A DNA stretch of 64,000 nt from positions 381,362,001 through 381,426,000 of the forward strand of contig CM126202.1 in NCBI GenBank assembly GCA_052327205.1, given 5' to 3'. The translations under genes and the position numbers were made by a program. Below the pieces are notes generated by a model. It saw only the letters and a program-made list of their open reading frames with translations, searched no databases and had not been told where the DNA came from. This DNA comes from Somniosus microcephalus (taxonomy: Eukaryota). Each line of letters opens with the position of its first letter. The stretch's first letter is position 1. Shown here in pieces: positions 49,435-62,620 of the stretch.

Positions 49435-52359
49435 CTATGAAGTCAATTGGGTTAGTAATGGCATTGAAAAGTCTGCAGCTATGTTAAGCTTCTCTTGGAT
49501 TTTATTTTTAAATGTCATTTCCAAGGAAAATGGTTTTGCAATTAGAATTCCTTCTTTGAACTCAATATTATTTTGGTTAATGGGGTGGGAGAGGATGAAA
49601 GGAGATGCAAATAACTGTCATTTAAAATTAGCTATATTTAAGAAGCCATACGTGTTTAAGCTTTCTTACATTAGCGTCAAGAGACAGTCTTGCAGCTGGA
49701 AACTTTCCCCAACCATCCCCCAACTCAAGTTTTGCAACAATACAAAAGATACAAGGACCTCAATGCTCCCGGGCCAACCCTCTCTTCATCCCTTCTTCTC
49801 TGTTACCCTCCCTCTCTCCGCTGAAGATCTCTGATGCATATATATAGCAGTTGCCTTGGTTATTGACTCAGTTGGAAAGATGATCAAATTATATCATTAT
49901 TTGAAGTCTGTTCAGCCTGGAACTGGAAAAAAGACTTCAGCCAGTACTGCTTATAATTAGTGTCCAGGATTCTGTTCCTCTCAGGAAAAGTCAAGTTGCT
50001 GAGTTTTCTCAACTCCCCAGATATTCAGTGATCACACGTTTCAACCTAAATCAACAGGTTTAGACGGTTTATATACAGAGCAACAAAGACCTAGGAATAA
50101 GTTATAGATTGTAATCTAATCAAATCACAATTAGTTTTTGTATGGAATAATAGATACCTGGAAGAGAGTTGCAGGCTTGAATCTAAATCGAGGGGTATAT
50201 CTAAATCTAGGGATATATATATGGAATCTAATTCAGCTATAAGGATCAAGTTAAGCAGTTTATAACTATTGCCTGAACACACAGTACAATCTTGAGCTCA
50301 CTCCTTGGTACCTTATATGATTTACATTTTGTATGAGGAAGGACAGTCTTTACCTAGGTATGTCTATTTCTGCCCCAGCAGCAGCTATAAGTTACAACAC
50401 CAATTGCTAATACTTGGAAGTGCAATGATATTTACACGAGCAGGTTCCTAACTAGAGATACACCTGAACTTGTGGAAGTAGTTTCAATATAAACAAGCTC
50501 TGGAATACTACTTCCTAGGGCTTACATTGCCCATAGTTCATACAGCCTCTGCAGCACTTCCCAACACTGGGTACTCTGACCAAGGCTTTACTGTGGAAAA
50601 GCGACCTCTCATCTAAATCAATTATTTCCGTCTACATGGAACAATCCAAGCTCATTATTCTGTGCAGCAGGATTTGCAAGGGCAATTGCCTGTAAATTCT
50701 GCAGTACAATGTCATCTGAAGTAATTGCAGGAAGTGCCAACCCAGTTACACTGTCTGAGTGTTGATAAATAATTAAGTAACTCGAGGCTCCATACAAGCG
50801 GAACCAATTATAGTCAGGACAATGGAGCTGTAAACCCAACCAGAGATTAGTCGCGCAGAGTTCAAGCTGCACTGCCTCACCCAGTCACTGTTCTCAGTCA
50901 TTTTCAACGAGAAAGGCATCTGCAAAGGAAGCCAGTAATTCTCGCTGTGGTTAGAGCACCAGATTCCCATCCTAGGTAGAAGAGTTCTAATCTCAGTCTA
51001 AATTGACAGAATGATCCATGTAAAGTATGAACTCTCAACACTGGTGACTCGATTATAATCCCAGCCTCCGACATTCAAAACTGTCTGTGCTTTGGCCGAG
51101 TTGTTAGATAGAGAGTCCCCTGTGCCAAGATGATCACTGGCCCTGACAGCAGTGGTGAAGCAGTCCAGAGCTCAGACCATCTGATCTACCTGCCTGAAAG
51201 GGCAAGTTGAGAGACATGAAGGCAAAAGAAGTAAACAAATGGTAAATCACAAAGTTTTTCCAAACTGCTTACTTTTTTCCAGAGATGGGGTCTGATGTCT
51301 AACAAAAAGCTGTAATCTCTCTGCAAGTGTGTCACAAGGATTTAAAAAAGAAATTTCTGGAGGATACTGCATCTTTTCAACCTTTTTTTCCCCCTTAAAA
51401 CTTATCTAACCATTAGAAAGGTTAACTGCAAGGATTGAGACACGAAGCAATAACATGGCACAATGAAACCTCCTCATCTCAGTTACCAGTAGCTGGAGTA
51501 CCAGAGACCAGAGAGCCGGCATCCAATGGTGTACTCAAGGAATAGAATATGAAGGGAAAAAAGGGCAAATTAAAAAAAAAAGAACTACAGTTCACATATC
51601 TATGAAATCACCTTAGATAACTAAGAAAAAAATTCTGAAAGTAGCAAAAATCTGTGTGTTTCTCTACACTTCGTGCAAGAACGATTGCAAATAAAGAATT
51701 TAATTCAAACTGGCGCTGTGTGAACAGATAGCCCTAATCTGCACACACAAACTTAATTACCAGAGGAAGTGTCAGTTCCTTCAGTGCAGGCAATGACGTA
51801 AATTATCCATGGGAATGGAGCAGTCAATTTCCTTCTCAGAGCTCAAACAGCAGTTAGTTACTAAAAATATAAACTTTGCCCATGGTTAAGTATTCTTAGC
51901 TTAAAGTGTATTCATAATAAATGTAAATGATTAACCACTTGATTTCAGCAACAATTTCGTCACTCTGATGTGCCTCAAACCCTGCTGGACCACTATTTCT
52001 GCTGGAAATGAAACTCGGACCATCGACGTTCTCTTCCATGGGGATTGAGAGACCAAATATTCAGCTCCAAAATTTCCATTTCAGGTCATTCCACATTTCT
52101 CACTCTTGCTTTTCAGCCTCCGGACTACAATCGCAATCTTTCTTCCCCAACTTTAAAAGGATAATTTGTGGCAGTTAAGAATTTCTTTCTGCCAACCCTG
52201 CTGCTTTTGTAAAAATGTATTTTCTCTCCCAATTGAGTCTCTTGACACGTACACTACTCACAGACTAGGAGGGTCAGCAACCTGCTCTCAGGCATCTGCC
52301 AAATTCTGCTCTGAAACCAGTTGGTGAAAGACACAGAAATATACTGGTATGAGTAGTTC

Positions 52360-52908
52360 CCCAAAGCCTTTCCACCATCTCTACAAGGCACAAGTAAGGA
52401 GTGTGATGGAATACTCTCCACTTGCCTGGATGAGTGCAGCTCCAACAACACTCAAGAAGCTCGATACCATCCAGGACAAAGCAGCCCACTTGATTGGCAC
52501 CCCGTCCACCACCTTAAACATTCACTCCCTCCACCACTGGCATACCGTGGCTGCAGTGTGTACCACCTACAAGATGCACTGCAGCAACTCGCCAAGGCTT
52601 CTTCGGCAGCACCTCCCAAACCCGCAACCTCTTCCACCTAGAAGGACATGGGCAGCGGGTGCACGGGAACACCACCGCCTCCAAGTTCCCCTCCAAGTCA
52701 CATACCATCCTGACTTAGAAGTATATCGCCGATCCTTCATCGTCACTGAGTCAAAATCCTGGAACTCCCTCCCTAACAGCACTATGGGAGTACCTTCACT
52801 AGACGGACTGCAGCGGTTCACCACCACCTTCTCAAGGACAATTAGGGATGGGCAATAAATGCTGGCCTTGCCAGCGACGCCCACATCCCATGAGCGAATA
52901 TAAAAAAA
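52360..52908 (+). mobile_element. Non-LTR retrotransposon 3' fragment (CR1/L2-group, distinct family)
   Basis: YKAQVRSVMEYS...LDTIQDKA...SLHHW...KSWNSLP; 3' tail also seen at 28432 and ~61737-61800. Confidence 0.85.
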
Positions 52909-55628
52909 TGACTGCTTCCCTCATCGTTGGTAGTCCTTGGCTACCACTTAACACCTTCCCATAGTAACACGTCGAAGATCATTAATACAGCATGGAGGAA
53001 ACAAACCCTAGTCCCATAACTTCGCGACTACAGTGACGCTCCAACATGCTGCACTGCCTCAACACTGTTGTATTCTTCCCCGCCTTTGCAGTTGTTATGT
53101 TACACAGGCAAAAATCTATTCATCGACTTCAAATGAACAACTACCTTGCACCAAGAAGAAATAAAAAACTCAAATTGTTTAAATCACCATATGACAGTTG
53201 GCATAGCAACCCAGGCTGTTTGAGATTCCAGGAATTGTTCTCTCCAATAGAACAAACAGAGCATCTCCCTGCTGACAGAGTTCAAAGAAATCTTATACTC
53301 GCTGCGTAACTCACAAAAGATCACCATCAGCTCAAATGAGACAACTGATATCCCATCGCTACCGCTCTCGATCCATTTCCAGTGGACTAACTCAGAGTGC
53401 ATTTGCTATGATGTTTACATTAATGTGTTAAAAGAGCACAGTAGAAATCTGTACCCTGTACTGTAGGATACTGATTGGTAGTTAAAACACTGTATTGCAG
53501 GATACTGAATGTCAATTAGGACCTACAATTCTCTTTCTCCTCTGCCCCACTCCCCACTCTCCAGACATACCAAGGCTACTTAGTCTGCTTGAATAATTTT
53601 AAAACTGCATTTCCAGATATCTCTGCCTGCACTTGCATCTTCCTAGGAACACTGATGTCCATGTGCATCCAATAAAAAACAGCCTTGCTTGAAGCAAAAC
53701 TGTCACCTCTAAAATCTTCTGAATTCTGTGAACTTAAATTAGTTTTGTGTGCCTGATTGTCTGAACCAGTTTTCAATTCCTACTTTATATTTCTCTACTT
53801 TCAATCTTTCAGCTGGGGAATGGGAAAAGTCTGAGCTCTATCTTGTAGTCAGGCAGCTGGGTGATGCGCAACAGTGGCCTTGGTAATCACTCTCTCCTGG
53901 ATGTACTTAGACACTCTTCTCTCTACCCTCCAAAAAGAGATGCAGAACTTAATGAGCGAGGAATTGGTGTCATACATGTTTCTTTACGTTTAACCCACTA
54001 CAGGACCATGCTGCCCAAAAAATTGGTTGTATAAAAATTGTCAAGATTTGGGCTACTTCCCAATACTTTTTTTTGTGCTATTTGCAAAACTCAGCTTCCA
54101 CAGAGACGTTCACACTCCCAAACTTGATCTTCTGCATGGAATATCTGCGATCGCAGGTCACCGGGTGAAGAATGAACCCATCTACCATTGGGATAAGCAA
54201 TGGAAATAGTAAAGGATGCCATCACACACTTCTGATTTCTTCAAATCTGTGGAAAAACACCATATGGGCAGACTGTGTAGCTCAGGCTAAACAGCTAAAT
54301 TTAATTTATGGCAAGTAAAATTATACAGAAGCAAAAATAATAAATCAGCAGATAAACATCAACAAGTAAAGCACTTAGCTTTACACCATCTGTTCCTTTA
54401 AACAATAAAAGTTCTGAAAGCTTGGCAGTTCTCCAGTAATTTTTGAACACGAGTTTGAGATGAAAAGTTTTACGAGAAATTAGCCCCAACACATAGCAAT
54501 ACAGCAAAGCAGGAAAAATTAAGAACATGGGGGCATGCCTGGTTATATGTCTTCCTTCTCTTTGAGGTCCAAGTTGGCACAATGACAGACAAGAAAATAT
54601 CCTTCAAAGCTGACTCACTTCAAATTACATGACTGACTGGAGACAAAGGATCCCACAGATGTAAACAATCTCAATATACAAAACCCGAGCACATACAATT
54701 TGACTTAACTAGATTCCAGACAGAGGTGCCCATGTCATTTGGCCTATAAGCTCTCAAGCTAAGACTGAGGACCGTTTTATTTTTAAAATATACAACAGCC
54801 ACGGCTTCTCTTTTTATCCACCAATGGCCTGGGCGAAGCTACAAATTATTCTAAAAAAATACAGAATTTGTTTTAAATTGAGGCTGGAGGGGTTGCAGGA
54901 TCAATCACACCAGTTGCTTAAAAATGTTCACACATATGTGTGAGGCAGAACAACCTGGAGTGCTAACCTGAGATCTGCTTCATATGTGTTAAAAGTTTTA
55001 GTTAATTACTTCCATCGGCAATGAAATGTACAGCAATTAATAAAGTAGTATGGAACAGAGGCAGTTATGCCAGCAAAGAAGGAAACAAGGGTAAATGTTC
55101 TAACTATTCAAAAAAAATTACATTTAGGACAAGTCAACATTCAAAACTGATATAGTTAGGAATGCAAAAGCAACTTCTTCCTTTTTCCTCCCAGTTGAGG
55201 AATATTACATGGAATTGGAAAGACGATTAACCTAAAAAAAACAAGAAAGATACCTAAAAATGCAGAATAAAAACCTGCCTCATAGGGAAAACACAACATG
55301 CTGCTCGTCAGAAGTTGTGTTGCTGTGAACTGTTTACTGCACGTTCTGAATATTTAACCCCAGTATTTGGAAGCTGAAACTTGACCTTCAGTCTTACACA
55401 TAGGTGATTGTTGACAGAACATTCTTTCATGAATATGAAAGATCAAGATCAACAGCACTTAGGATACACAACTAAACGGTGGTCATTATCATGTCAGCAA
55501 TGGTGGAATGTTCCATTTATTGCAGGGGCAATTGAACTGTATTAAAAACAATAAGCAATTGGGAAAGATTTGCTACACTGATGGAAGGTAAAGTTTTCCC
55601 TAATATCAATGGAATACAAGATCATAAG

Positions 55629-55788
55629 TTGGGGTGTCCAACTGTGGTACTAGGGTCACCTGTGGCCCCAGGCCCTGGTAATCTGGCCCTTAAAGCCCAG
55701 GCAACTAAGTCCTTTTTTGCATTTATATTTCTTATTCACTGGTTTGTCCTGCTTGAATTTTATGGGCTTTAAGATTTGGAAAGCACTG
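55629..55788 (+). mobile_element. Ancient hAT-Charlie-like MITE
   Basis: GGGGTGTCCAAC...GTGGCCC...TTTGGAAAGCACTG; second copy at 43105-43216. Confidence 0.6.
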
Positions 55789-56229
55789 CTATCTTAATGA
55801 TGGATAAATCCTAAATCAGAGCACCAAGATCTATTAATATCAGCAACTTGAGATAAATGCAAATGTGTCTCTTCCCCCACTCCCAAAGACCCCAAGGCAC
55901 ACACCTATAAGGCCCACACATGCAAACACTCGGACACCCCTGCTATAGAAACTACAACCCAACTGAACAATACAATTCTGAAAACAGTCTTGCATCTGTC
56001 ACACAACTTCACATCTACTTCAATCAGAATGCTTTAAAATGCTCTGGTAACGTTTGTACATATTCTGTAAAATGGTTTGAAGATGTTATATTATTGACAG
56101 GTTCAGATGACATTCTTAAATCAACCAGTTCTGCTCTTGTGGCTTGTGATGTCATTTGATCCCTGTCACCGTCACCTCGGTTTCAATTATTAAGGTAGCA
56201 GAACTATAACATGTAGTGATAAATTCTTT

Positions 56230-58961
56230 GGCCTAGAAATTCGATAAGGCCTGGAAACAGGTGGTGACACCGCAGGGCGAGATTTGCTCGCGTCCGTAAA
56301 AAAAAAAAATTGCAGGCAGCACGTTATTTTGGTGCTGCCTGCTGATCTGAATGATTTCAGCGCACAGCCGAGCGACGGACAGGAAGCCCAATGTCACGTC
56401 CCTTATAGCGAGGTTGCCTTTTCTTAAAGCAAGGCTATCATTATAGAAAGCAGTCTCGAGCCCTTAAAGGGGAACTGCCATCTGAAAAAAAATTCAATTC
56501 AAAAATAGGCAGTCTCTAGCCCCTTAAAGCTCAACTGCTTCTGGAAAAAAAAAATCATTTCAAACTAGGCAGTCTTCAGCTCTTAAAGCTGAAATGCCTT
56601 CTGCATATAAAAAATGGTAAATGTGCTTCAGCACCAACACAAATGGCTCAACAGGCCGGAGAAAGGGCACCCAGGGTCTCGAATGCAGTGCTCCAACTTT
56701 GTGCAGGGGGGTCAACACTGAAAGAGGTCCTCTACCCACTGGGGGCCAGGAGGCCCTCCAGAAAGAAGGATGTGGGACCAGATCGGCGAGGCGGTCACTG
56801 CCAGCAGTGTCGTCCCCCCCCCACCTGGGTCCAGTGCCAAAGAAGTTTCATGACCTCAGACAAGTGGTCAAGGTCAGTGAATGCATCTTCAAAAGCCATC
56901 CTCTCCTGCCAACTGCACCACTAGCCTCAATGCACGACACCGCTCCCCCCATCACTCACCTACCAACAATCTCTACCAAACACGAGGCACACCTCACATT
57001 CCTAGCTTCACCTCACCCCCTTGTGGGAGACAGTGCTGGCCATTCTTGGCAGAGGTATGGCTGTGCCCTTGGCCAGTGGCGGGGCTGAAAGGATACAAGA
57101 TTCTGGTATCCTCATACATTATCCTCCTTCTCACATCCCACCCATCCCACAATATCTTCTGATGTACAGTCACTAAGGGAATGCACAAGTGTGATTAATT
57201 GATTTTTTGATGTAATATTGCATGCATATATGGATGAAGTTGGATTGGAAAGTTTGCTTTGTGGTGGCTTTTATTTTAACATTGTGGCCAAGAGGACGCT
57301 GCGATGGTCAGTAACAAGAGGGAAGGGAAGATGTGGGACAAATGTTGAAAGGGGAATTGGAGTTGTGGTCACTGGTACGAGATGATTCAATCCCAGATAT
57401 CCAGGCCAGAAAGGGGTTGTCTGAGTCGTATCCTTCCTTCCTCTGCTGCTCCTTCCTCTTCTCTCTGCAAGCAGCTTGTCCCCTTTGCTGCCTCTGCTTC
57501 ATCTCCATGTGCCCTCCTGTGAGCAAGTGGTCTTCTCAGAGGCCTTCTTTTAACATCCAAAGCATTGCGAGCATCCAGCAGCACTCCCTGCTCACTTTAA
57601 CAATTTTTTTAATGTATTGCACCAAGCCACTACTTCAATAAAATATCAAAACACTCCAAAAGCTGAAATTGAAACTTAGCTGAAAGATGTGTGTGTCCCT
57701 TTAAGAAGCGATGAAAGCGTCTCTGCAGTACGCACGTTCTTCCGTGCGTGGTTAGACATAAGGCGTAGGAGCAGGAGTAGGTCATTTGGCCACTTGAGCC
57801 TGCTCCGCCATTCAATAAGACCATGGCTGATCTGATCTTGGCCTCAACTACACTTGCCTGTCCGCTCCCCATAACCCTCGACTCCCTTACCATTCACAAA
57901 TTTGTCTATCTCCACCTTAAATATATTCAATGACCCAGCCTCCACAGCTCTCTGGGAAAGAGAATTCCAAAGATTCACGACCCTCTGTACAGTTGTAACA
58001 GGACTTCCCTACTTTTATACTCCATTCCCTTTGCAATAAAGGCCAACATTCTATTTGCCTTCCTAATTACTTGCTGTACCTGCATGCTAACTTTTTGTGA
58101 TTCGTGTACAAGGACCCCCAGATCCTTCTGTACCTCAGCATTTTGTAATTTCTCCCCATTTAAATAATACTGTAATTTGCTTTTTTATTTTTCCTACCAA
58201 AGTGGATAACCTCGTGTTTTCCCACATTATACTCCATCTGCCAGATTTTTGCCCACTCGCTTAGCCTATCTATATCCCTTTGGAGATTCTTTGTGTCCGC
58301 CACACAATTTGCTTTCCCACCTATTTTTGTATCATCAGCAAATTTGGCCACATTACACTCGGTCCCTTCATCCAAGTCATTAATATAGATTGTAAATAGT
58401 TGAGGCCCCAGCACTGATCCCTGCGGCACCTCACTAGTTACAGTTTGCCAACCTGAAAATGACCCATTTATCCCGACTCTCTGTTTTCTGTTAGTTAGCC
58501 AATCCTCTATCCATGCTAATATATTACCCCCAACCCCATGAGCTCTTAACTTGTGCAGTATCCTTTAATGTGGCACCTTATCGAATGCCTTCTGAAAATC
58601 CAAGTACACGACATCTATTGGTTCCCCTTTATCCACCCTGCTCGTTACATACTCAAAGAACTCCAGCAAATTTGTCAAACATGATTTCCCTTTCATAAAA
58701 CCATGCTGACTCTGCTTGACTATATTATGATTTTCTAAAGGAGAGGGCGTTATGGCGTGCAGCGACTCCAAAATCGCAGTCGTGCTTCAAATCGGACGTT
58801 GCACGCTGATTGACGTCATGATCTACACATTTGTATTGGAGAGGCGAGCGTTGGCAATCTCTCCAAAATGGCGTGTCCCATGCCAGAAGCGGGCGGAAGC
58901 GAGGCAGCTGCCATTTTTTCCAAGAAAAATGGTCGGTGCTAAGGTAGGGAATTTCCTTGCC
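56230..58961. mobile_element. Internally deleted PIF/Harbinger transposon (Myb/SANT ORF remnant on +, probable nuclease remnants on -)
   Basis: Ends GGCCTAGAAATTC / GAATTTCCTTGCC; frameshifted MAQQAGERAPR...EVLYP...WDQIGEAV...TWVQC.KKFHDL (Myb/SANT-like); no clear TSD. Confidence 0.78.
57756..58737 (-). mobile_element. CR1 LINE nested in the Harbinger element
   Basis: SQHGFMKGKSCLTNLLEFF, PQGSVLGPQLF, KFADDTK; internal deletion near 57985; 3' tail at ~57760. Confidence 0.93.
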
Positions 58962-59462
58962 ACAGAATCAGTTGTGGCAAAGATGCACCCTCTAAACCAA
59001 GATGTTCCACTTAAGGCAAACTATGTACCAAAAGAGAAGATTCTCGCTGAAGGGGCAGCAGCCCTGCTCAGTCCACGAAGAAACAAGGACATTTTTTCTT
59101 TAGCAAAAAACAGAAAATTGTAATATAAGCATAAAATTGTGCTTGCACGGAATCAATGTACCAGCAATGACAGCAAATACGCAATGTTTGAAAAGGATTA
59201 TGCAATCTGCACAATATCACCGATATCCAAAATAAAGTAAAAAGAAATATTGAAGGTCTAAAAGGTTGTAGAAAGCCTAAAGGGGCCTCTCAGTAATTAT
59301 TAGAGAATGGCCATGCACTTTGTTTATGAATCAAACAGTTACAGCTTATTTCAGTTCAGAACAAGCCTGTCATTCTGGGGAAAATGGAGAGACAGTGCGT
59401 TATTGTTGTGCTGCCACTTGACTACAAAACCTTATTCAGAGTAAAAGTCCCAGGTTTGATTA

Positions 59463-59687
<225 letters not shown>

Positions 59688-60560
59688 TTATTGATGTCCC
59701 ATTTTAATACTATTGTGCTGCACTGTTATATTTTCAAATAGGAGACCTTTGAAGTCACGGCGATTGATGGTTTGAGAAAAATATAAATTATTTCACTTTT
59801 CCTTCTTCCTCTACCCTTTAACATAGTTTTTCCCGAGTTGGCACAATGCATTTGATCCTCAGTATGTGGGCCATGCAGTAGCACCTGTCCTTTTCTAGAT
59901 CCTTAACACCAGTGTGACTCACTAACATTGAGGAGTACCACAATGTCAAGCAGCAAATTGCTTGAGGGCCTCTCAATAATGGTCCAGTACATGGTTAGAA
60001 TGTGGGTCTGTGTCTGCTGTTCCTTACACAATGGGCTCCTGATTTCAATTATGTCACTGAGGGCAACTGCTGAGTTGAGACCAAGCAACTCCCTACAAAA
60101 AGGAGAAAAAAGTCTGAGTTTTAATAGACTGCTTTCATTTTCTGTATGGATTGTGGAATCCATCGCCAAACTCTCCTGCTAACTGTTAGAGGAGGGAAAA
60201 GGTCACTCTGGCAACCTCTTTTACATACCTCCAGTTACAATTGGCACTCTTACCCATCCTTTCAGCTGGAGGTATGGTTTGCAGTGCACAGAAGATCTAA
60301 AGGAAGGGAAAGTATGAAATATCATAAAAAAAGGAATTTACCATATACAAGGAGAGAACTGGAAACTGCACAGTGAGTATCACTGGGACTGCTCCACATA
60401 TAGAAACACAGATGATACAACATTGGACTATATTCAAAAACACAGAATAATACTACTGGTAAATATAAACAGAGAAGTTCAGAGTTTACACAGCCAAGTC
60501 AAGTTTCAGTAACAGCTTTTAAAATTATGTTTGAAAAGAATTTCTCCCATTCCCATCTCT

Positions 60561-60945
60561 ATTTTTTTTTAATGACACACATCACACATCAGTCCAAGCG
60601 ATGGTCAGACACCCTGCAACTAAGGTCTCTACCAGTGCTGCTTTGTAACCAACTGCTATGAAGTGCCTCATCACAGCCTCGGATCATGGCCTACTACAAT
60701 GTGATATTTCCATTTCCCATGTCAACTTCTTGAGCTAAATCAACAATCTAGTGCCAATCTGGGCAGTTGGTGCTGTAGCACACGCCCATTACAATCTGAG
60801 CTGAAACTGCACAGGTTCATTTTATGGAGGATACTTACAGCAAACAGAGAAGGTAGGGTTTCATTCCATCAGTCTGGGATGGCTTTGAACTCAGATTCCA
60901 GAAGTAAATGGTAGGTTACATACTGTGACAGTCTTTTTCCAATCC
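60561..60945 (-). mobile_element. Old SINE resembling LF-SINE
   Basis: B-box-like GAGTTCAAAGCC, collinear blocks (aaatga, tcag..cag, attggcact) recalled from the LF-SINE consensus, A-rich tail at ~60561-60571. Confidence 0.5.
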
Positions 60946-60989
60946 CTCCCTTTCAAAACCATTTATTTAATTTAACTGTGATTGGATCA

Positions 60990-61235
60990 TAGATGAACTC
61001 AAATCCTCCCCTCACCTGACACCCATATATGCAGACTTCCAGGAGATATCACTGCTAGGAATAAGGAGTGGGAGCCCTAGCTCCCTTACTTCCCTAACTC
61101 AAGGATAGTGACCAAAATTGCTGGACCCCCACCACTGCTCCAACTAAAATCAGTTAATTCAGTACAGACCAGGAATGGATCCTGGGCCTCCCTGGTCAGT
61201 ATGCTTCAGTACCACACCACGTGATGCATTTACTT
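60990..61235 (-). mobile_element. tRNA-headed SINE (31020 family)
   Basis: Reverse complement gtggtgtggtactgaagcatactgaccagggaggcccagg...ctggtctgtactgaattaactgat. Confidence 0.7.
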
Positions 61236-61440
61236 ACACAATTACGAAGGAGCTCTTGCTTTAAAAAAAACCTCCTAAATGCAAAGCTATGTTAAATTGT
61301 TTTTAAAACATACAGCAATAGACTACTTTTTACAGCCAATTTGCAACTGGCCAATACACTCATTACTTTTCTATTTGCAGTTATCAATCACCTCTGTATT
61401 TATTAAAGAACGTGTTGCAACAAAAGACAGATGGACTCAC

Positions 61441-61613
61441 CTCCTCCCAAGACCAGAGTTGGGAGCTCCCAGTTCAGAATGTAACGCAGGCACTTTCCCA
61501 TTCCCACTGGTGTCATATTAAAGGAGCACATCGGGTCTCCAGCAATAGTGTCTGCTCCTAGCTGGCAGACCACTGCTTCAGGATTGAATGATGCATACAC
61601 CTCTTTCAACACA
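61441..61613 (-). CDS. HDAC8: HDAC8 exon 8
   Basis: tag/gtgagt boundaries, 173 nt; [57 protein letters not shown], with the Zn-ligand Asp267 and Met274 equivalents. Exons 1-7 were not found in the window. Confidence 0.98.
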
Positions 61614-62377
61614 CTAGGGAGGAAACAAAATCAGTAAATAGATATTACTGGCCAACAGATATTTACTGCGGTTGGCATCCCAGGATCACCGTATTCGGTG
61701 ATTTCCTCATCATCAGTCCTACTTCACAAGGATGCATAGGGATGGGCAATAAATGCTGGCCTTGCCAGCGACGCCCACTTCCCGAGAATGCATTAAAAAA
61801 AGGTTAGTCTAACACCAAGGCTATTCCTTATTGACTCAGTACTTATCCATCATATGCCATCTTCCATGCAATCAAGAGGGAGGTATGCAAGCCTGTTCCA
61901 GTCATCCACCATTTGACTCTTGAATTCGCTGATAGGAAGCTTCATGAGAGCATCCCAAGAAGATTTTCCCCCTCATGCAATTTCCTTCAGGGAAATGACC
62001 TTCTAATGGCATGAAGACAGATAACTCTCCAGTAGGGGAATAGTAGGGACAATCCCATGTCCTCCAGCTCCATGATGCTGTATCTTGGCAAATGAATCTC
62101 AGTTGTATAACTCTCATGCAAGCTATTCCCCATAAAAATCTCCAGTGTTCAACTGCCTGAACACACAAGCTGCACGAACACCTCAACATTGCATATCAAT
62201 CCAAAAAGATCTATTCAGAGTCACAACTCAGCTTCATATGCCACTTCTCCAGCCCCTCTTACACTGTGTTACCATGTGGAATGCTACACCTTCTTTGCAA
62301 ACATTTGAACACAATATCAAACATAACTTAGCGAACCATGGTTGCTAGAATGCATTTTGTGCCTTGCCTGTTGGTTC

Positions 62378-62620
62378 ACTCCTACATTGTAACAGTGATT
62401 ACACTTCAAAAGTACTTCATTGGCTGTAAAGCGCTTTGTGACATCCTGAGGCTGTGAAAGGCGCTGTTACTCTATAAACTTGCAGGGCTACGGGGATAGA
62501 GTGAAGGAATGGGACTGACTGGATTGCTCTACAGAGAGCTGGCATGGACTCGATGGGCTGAATGGCCTCCTTCTGTGCCGTTATGACTCTATGACTATGA
62601 CTCTATAAATGCAAGACTTT
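62378..62620 (+). mobile_element. Deu-SINE tail with a 121-bp CR1 3' end inserted (62479-62599)
   Basis: ctacattgtaacagtgattacacttcaaaag...gaaaggcgct SINE tail; ACTCTATAAA at 62469-62478 and 62600-62609 flanks a CR1 tail. Confidence 0.8.

Noticed and set aside
50618-50970. Short minus-strand ORFs in unique sequence of HDAC8 intron 9
   Set aside because: No recognisable homology or convincing splice sites; exons 9 and 10 already join in frame.
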